A model generated the notes under the pieces. That model searched no databases and was not told the DNA's origin. It saw nothing but the letters and a program-made list of their open reading frames with translations. From Atractiella rhizophila (taxonomy: Eukaryota), in assembly GCA_021432655.1 (NCBI GenBank), contig MU271346.1, positions 62,001 to 85,632 on the forward strand: a stretch of DNA of 23,632 nucleotides, read 5' to 3'. Both the position numbers and the translations under genes were made by a program. This document shows, one piece after another, positions 19,176-23,632 of the stretch. The first letter of the stretch is position 1; every line of letters starts with the position of its first letter.

Positions 19176-21507
19176 CCACCGACTCCCCAGCCCCCTCAAC
19201 GTCAGCGTCCTCCCGTCCTCCCTCGCTCCAAACGCACAAGCCCAAGCGTCCCTCCCACGGCCGTGGACCCTTATTGCGCACTCCCAGCGCAGGACTCTCT
19301 CCCTCCTACTCTCCAGCACTCCCAGACGCCGACGAACAGACTCCCCTGCTGCACGGAGACTCCACGAGTGAAGGTGTCAGGGGTCATGACGAAGGAGATG
19401 TCGAGGCTGGAGAGAAGAGACAGTCGAAGCATAGGATCTTGGCATGGACCATGCGGATAACCCTTCTGTTCTTCCTCTCGTTTCTCATCCTCTTGATTCC
19501 CATCCTCCACCTCTCAATCGGGCAGCTCATGTTCAAACCTCCTACCGAAGCGCTGAACGTACAATGGACAGATTCATCCTCGTTGGAGTTATTAGGCGCA
19601 GGAAAGGGTAGAGCGGAGGTATTGGTGCGAGGGGTGGGAGTGCGTATCAGCTCAGACTCGCTTCCCCTCCTGTTCAGGCTAGCGTTGAAAGCGGGCATTG
19701 GGGAGGAGGGAAGCAAGGCGGAGGTGGAAGCATACGATCTATCTGCCGCCGTTTATCTTTCGGGACAGTCAGAGGGAACGGATGGAAAGGAAGTGGCGTC
19801 GCTCAAGGTGTTGGATTGTCCGCCTATCGAGATTGGACGAGAGCAGTCCATTGATTTGAGGGTCGAGGTCACGACGGGCAGGGGAGCGAAGGAAGCGATC
19901 GAAGAGGTGGTAGAGCTGGTCAAGAGCGGAGGAGGGGATCTCAAAGGTCGCGTTGTGGGCAAGCAAGGTGGTGTGAAGGTTCGCGGATGGAAGTTGGGGG
20001 TGAAAGGATGGGGAATTGATGTTAAAGGAGAAGGTACGTCTTTCCTGGGCAGAGTGGGGTGTGAGGGGCCTTTCCTTTCTGTAGTAGCGAGGGAAAGAGC
20101 AGGTGCAGGGAAAAAGAAGATCCTGACCGCTTTAAAGAAGAGAACACTTCTTGAATCATGAGGTTACTCTAATCGTTTTGTCTTGCCTGTGTCGTGCCGT
20201 CTGTGACTAATGGCCAACAAAAGCAAATGAATACACACATCTTTCCCACGTCATTCTCCTGTTTCGGTTCAGAAGAATTGGCATAGACGTAGTCTTGTTT
20301 ATGAAGCAGAGAATTTCCTCGCACCTGGATTGCTGAAGAATGTAACTGACGCAAAGATGCGACAGTTCCTGCACTACCACCACTTCCAGAGCCCGCTTCG
20401 TTACTCCGGCTGGTTTCCTACGACTTCAAGATGGTAAATAGCACAAAGGGGACGGATACCCAACTCCAAACGTTGGGATTAGGCAGTTCGATGATCAAAG
20501 AGAAACTGATCAGCCTCACCGCTCGCGGAATTCTCCTCAATCCGCTTCACCCATCAACAACCTTCTCTAAGAATCTCCCACCATTCCTTCGAAACCTCCA
20601 ATCCCTTAGATTTGATGTTCCTTGGACGTTCCCATTCGGGGTCTACTTCCCCATCCCTCCTGTAGACGGCCACAGCGTGCCAGATTTTCTCCTCGCCCGT
20701 GTAGCGACCATCCCATTCACATTTGACAACTCCCAAAAGGAAATCAATTTAACCATCAGTGGTTGGGTCGAGCCTATCGAACCTTCCAAAGAAGTCGAAA
20801 ACGTCGTCTCGCGCTTTCTCTCTCGCTACCTCCGGCGCCAACCGAATGAAGTCGTCTTCCGTTACGATTCAGCTAAGCGATCTCCCGGCAAGAATGTCCC
20901 GCCAGATTTTGTTGTAGACGTCTTGAAGAGGCAAGAACTGCGTTATGACTTCCCTGGCGCGCAAGAACGGCTGCATCTTCTCGAGCATGTCAAGATAGAG
21001 GACATGAAGTTGTCCCTAGGGAAAGCGGGGACTGAGATCAGAGCTTCTGGTTGGGTCAAAGGTTTCTTGAATCTCCCGGCTGCGCTCAAATCGTTCGAAC
21101 CTCAAACCGACATCACAGCCATCTGGCCAGACATATATGTCTATGATGGCGAGCCACCACAGAAGAGTGCAAACGACAAGTACCCACCAGAACCCACCCC
21201 CGAAAATGCCTTTGGAAGGTTACGAACGCCGGATTTTGCCCCCGCTACTACGACACATCGATACGACGAAGATGGCAAGCTGGTCAGTGAGGTGAGGACT
21301 TACCTCGAAGACATTCCGCTGGAAGTCTTGGAAGGACGAGGAGATATTTTCCGCGGCTTCGTCAGCAAAGTGATTTTCGGAAAGGGGACGCAAGCTGGGA
21401 TCAAAGGGAAAGCGGACGTGAGAGTTGCAATCGAAGGAATTACTAAAAGTGGTCTCGCCGTAAAAGGAGTTGATGTGCAGGGTAGTTTTTTCGTGGGAAA
21501 GAAGTAG
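19176..21507 (+). CDS. Second copy of the Tag1-like membrane protein gene, lacking promoter, start codon and first ~13 codons; in frame with the telomere tract
   Basis: Exon 1 remainder 19176-20033, intron 20034-20365, and exon 2 20366-21507 uninterrupted (VPALPPLPEPASLLRLVSYDFKMVNST...GSFFVGKK*). The first in-frame ATG is at 19451. Confidence 0.7.
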
Positions 21508-22150
21508 GATCAGGAATGGAGTTAGTTCATTTTGTGGACCGTTTGCATATTCGTTTTGTGCTTTGTAAATTGGCATAAAGCCTTCATGACTTCTGACTTG
21601 CATTGCGCGATGTATTTGTAGTAATTGCATTGTCGTTCATAGAGCCAAAACGCACGGATTCTTATTAGTAGTGATAAGTAATACATCTGGTGTGACTGAG
21701 ATAACAGTGGTTGTGGGATGTTGGGACTAAGACGAGTTAAAGTTAGCCTTGAACGAGGCAGTATCGGTTGTTGTGCTGTTTGGTGTGAATGGTGGCACGC
21801 CTTGTTATGTAGACTGTACATTAGGATATTAGGATTCAAGTTGGCAGAAAAGGAGTAGGATGATATCAATAAGTGATGCATTATCGTAAATTATTCCTGA
21901 ACAATTAAACTGGCTTTAATAGCAGCTTATAATAACAAGGCACTAAGTCAATCAGAAGCATTAAAAGGGCATAAGAAACATGTGCAAAGACAAATTCATT
22001 GGGAGACGACAAGCAAGGACAAAATGATCACAATAATGCTGCAACATTTGACTCCAACGTCCACATTTGCAACAACTGACTGTACTAAACTTGGAACAGT
22101 CACCAAAATGTCCCATAAGAAAATGCAGCGGGTTTGAAATACTGAAGTTA

Positions 22151-23632
22151 TCAATATTTCGACATATAATGAGGGGAAGGTTCCTGTTTGTACTGTAGAG
22201 GCGGGTGATATCCTATAGGTGTCTGTACATAGGGTGTTTCCATTTGTGGTCTCGATAGAGGTATAGCATGAGGGAGATTGTGGTGGGACGGAAACTGCTG
22301 CATCGAGAATTGAGATGAGTTTGAGGGGACTGTGTACGGTGGCTGGATCTGAGGCTGAGCAATTGTGAGTTGTTGTTGAGGAGGATAGTGCGATAGTGGG
22401 AGCGGAGCCGCAGAGACAGGCACTGGAGTTGTCATGGCTGGTTGTGATCCTCCCAGTTCAATGGGTTGCTGGAACGGCGTAGACTGTAACGCGTACTCGA
22501 ACGCTTGAACCGATCCTCCGGTCGCCTGGGTATTTTCTATGTCTTCAATCAAGAGTTCAAGGAAGCCCTCGTTGGAATAAGAATAACGGGGTTGCAGTGA
22601 CGAACATTGAGGAGGCTGGAGATGCGTCATGGGAGATGTGTGAGAAGATGGAGTTGGTGGAACAGCCATGGCGACTCTTGGTTTAAACCCTGCTTGAGCA
22701 CCGTCAGAGAGGAGCGTCTCAAGACGCCCAGCTACGGATTGTAGGACCTAAAGGGTATCAATTCTGGCCGGGACTCAAAGATGAAGGACACAAGAACAAA
22801 CCTGCACAAAAGAGTTGTAGCTGTTGCGGTTTGTTTTGTTATCCGTATCCTCTGAAGAAGATCAGTTGTCATCCAAGTCCACGCGTAATGGTTTACTTAC
22901 CATTACTCTTGACCTGCACACCGTCTAGTAACAGTTTGACTGCTGTGGCGGCTTGCCTGACCAAATGATTAAGGTTATGCCCTGGAATACGGTCTGGTAC
23001 AAAGATGTTCTGTGCGAGAAGAAGGGTCCTCCTTTTCTCTTCGATTATGGACTGTGCGGCGCCTTTCTCAATTGATTCGAAGATATCTGCAAAGAGGACA
23101 ATGGTTGCGGCGAAAGCATGGTGATAAACGTGCCTTTCCGTCTTTGAGTGACGCTCTGTCGCAGTGTTGAAAGCCTTACCAGACATGAGACAGTGTTTCT
23201 GCGTTAAAGATCAGTTCGCAGGAGGATGGGTAGCACAGACGGACTGACCGCGAAGTTCAAAGACGGAGCGGACGACAATACTGGCCGAACGGATGCACTG
23301 TTCCTTAGAATATCCATGTTCTCTTCGAGATGCTTTGAGGAACAAAAAGGGTCGATGGAGCTTCATCAATCGGTAGTGTATCTAATAAGCCTCACTATGA
23401 GACCACGGCTCTGGCGTATATCAGGAAGAAGAGAGACCATGTCTTGAGATCCATCTAAAACGCCTGTCAACGTGCAGTCTTAAATCAGTAATGAAGAACG
23501 TACATTTATGCCAATGAAATACAGGAGATTGGTTCGTTGGTTGAGGGCGGGTGAATTCATCCGGAAGGTGGCTCAACATGTCCTGATATTGCTGTGTTCA
23601 GCCCACATTCAATTAGTACAGGAGCGCTGCAA
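22151..23632 (-). CDS. Second copy of the Zn2Cys6 transcription factor, 3' exons only (rest outside window)
   Basis: Mirror of 4088-5569. The last-exon 172 aa ORF is identical at protein level and HVYHHAFAATIVLFADIF is retained. Confidence 0.88.

Larger units (their letters stand above)
19176..23632 (-). repeat. Inverted copy of 4088-8480, continuing beyond the window
   Basis: Collinear reverse-complement match with scattered substitutions, small indels and one 69 bp indel (20263-20331). Confidence 0.98.

Noticed and set aside
19048..19281. Minus-strand ORF with (LT)n/(NP)n repeats
   Set aside because: Antisense translation of the telomere tract and of the duplicated gene; no independent evidence of coding.

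Overview
Eukaryotic, intron-rich fungal DNA. Many 50-80 nt GT-AG introns and a TTAGGG telomere repeat suggest a basidiomycete, though that is inference. Genes, left to right: an MFS monocarboxylate-type transporter (5' end outside the window); a Zn2Cys6 transcription factor whose zinc cluster is built from micro-exons; a Tag1-like single-pass membrane protein gene; a frameshifted, signal-peptide-bearing dienelactone hydrolase pseudogene; a 1-Cys peroxiredoxin; an uncharacterised, possibly RRM-like protein; and an eIF4E-family gene with an unusually long, structured intron. The right half is almost entirely rearranged copies of the left half, in layers. (1) An older structure B - junction X - inverted A - B: 15105-16000 is repeated directly at 17904-18804, 8712-10356 is inverted at 16265-17902, and the two B copies differ by a ~36 bp micro-inversion. 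(2) A 114 bp (TTAGGG)n tract at 19061-19174 that cuts off a degenerate gene. (3) Joined to that tract through one nucleotide, an inverted, much less diverged copy of 4088-8480 that runs off the window end. The junction places (Leu-Gly)3-Phe-(Arg-Val)15-Arg in frame with the duplicated membrane-protein gene, whose second exon is intact, while the original copy carries two frameshifts. The sequence alone cannot separate a real telomere fusion from a mis-joined second haplotype.
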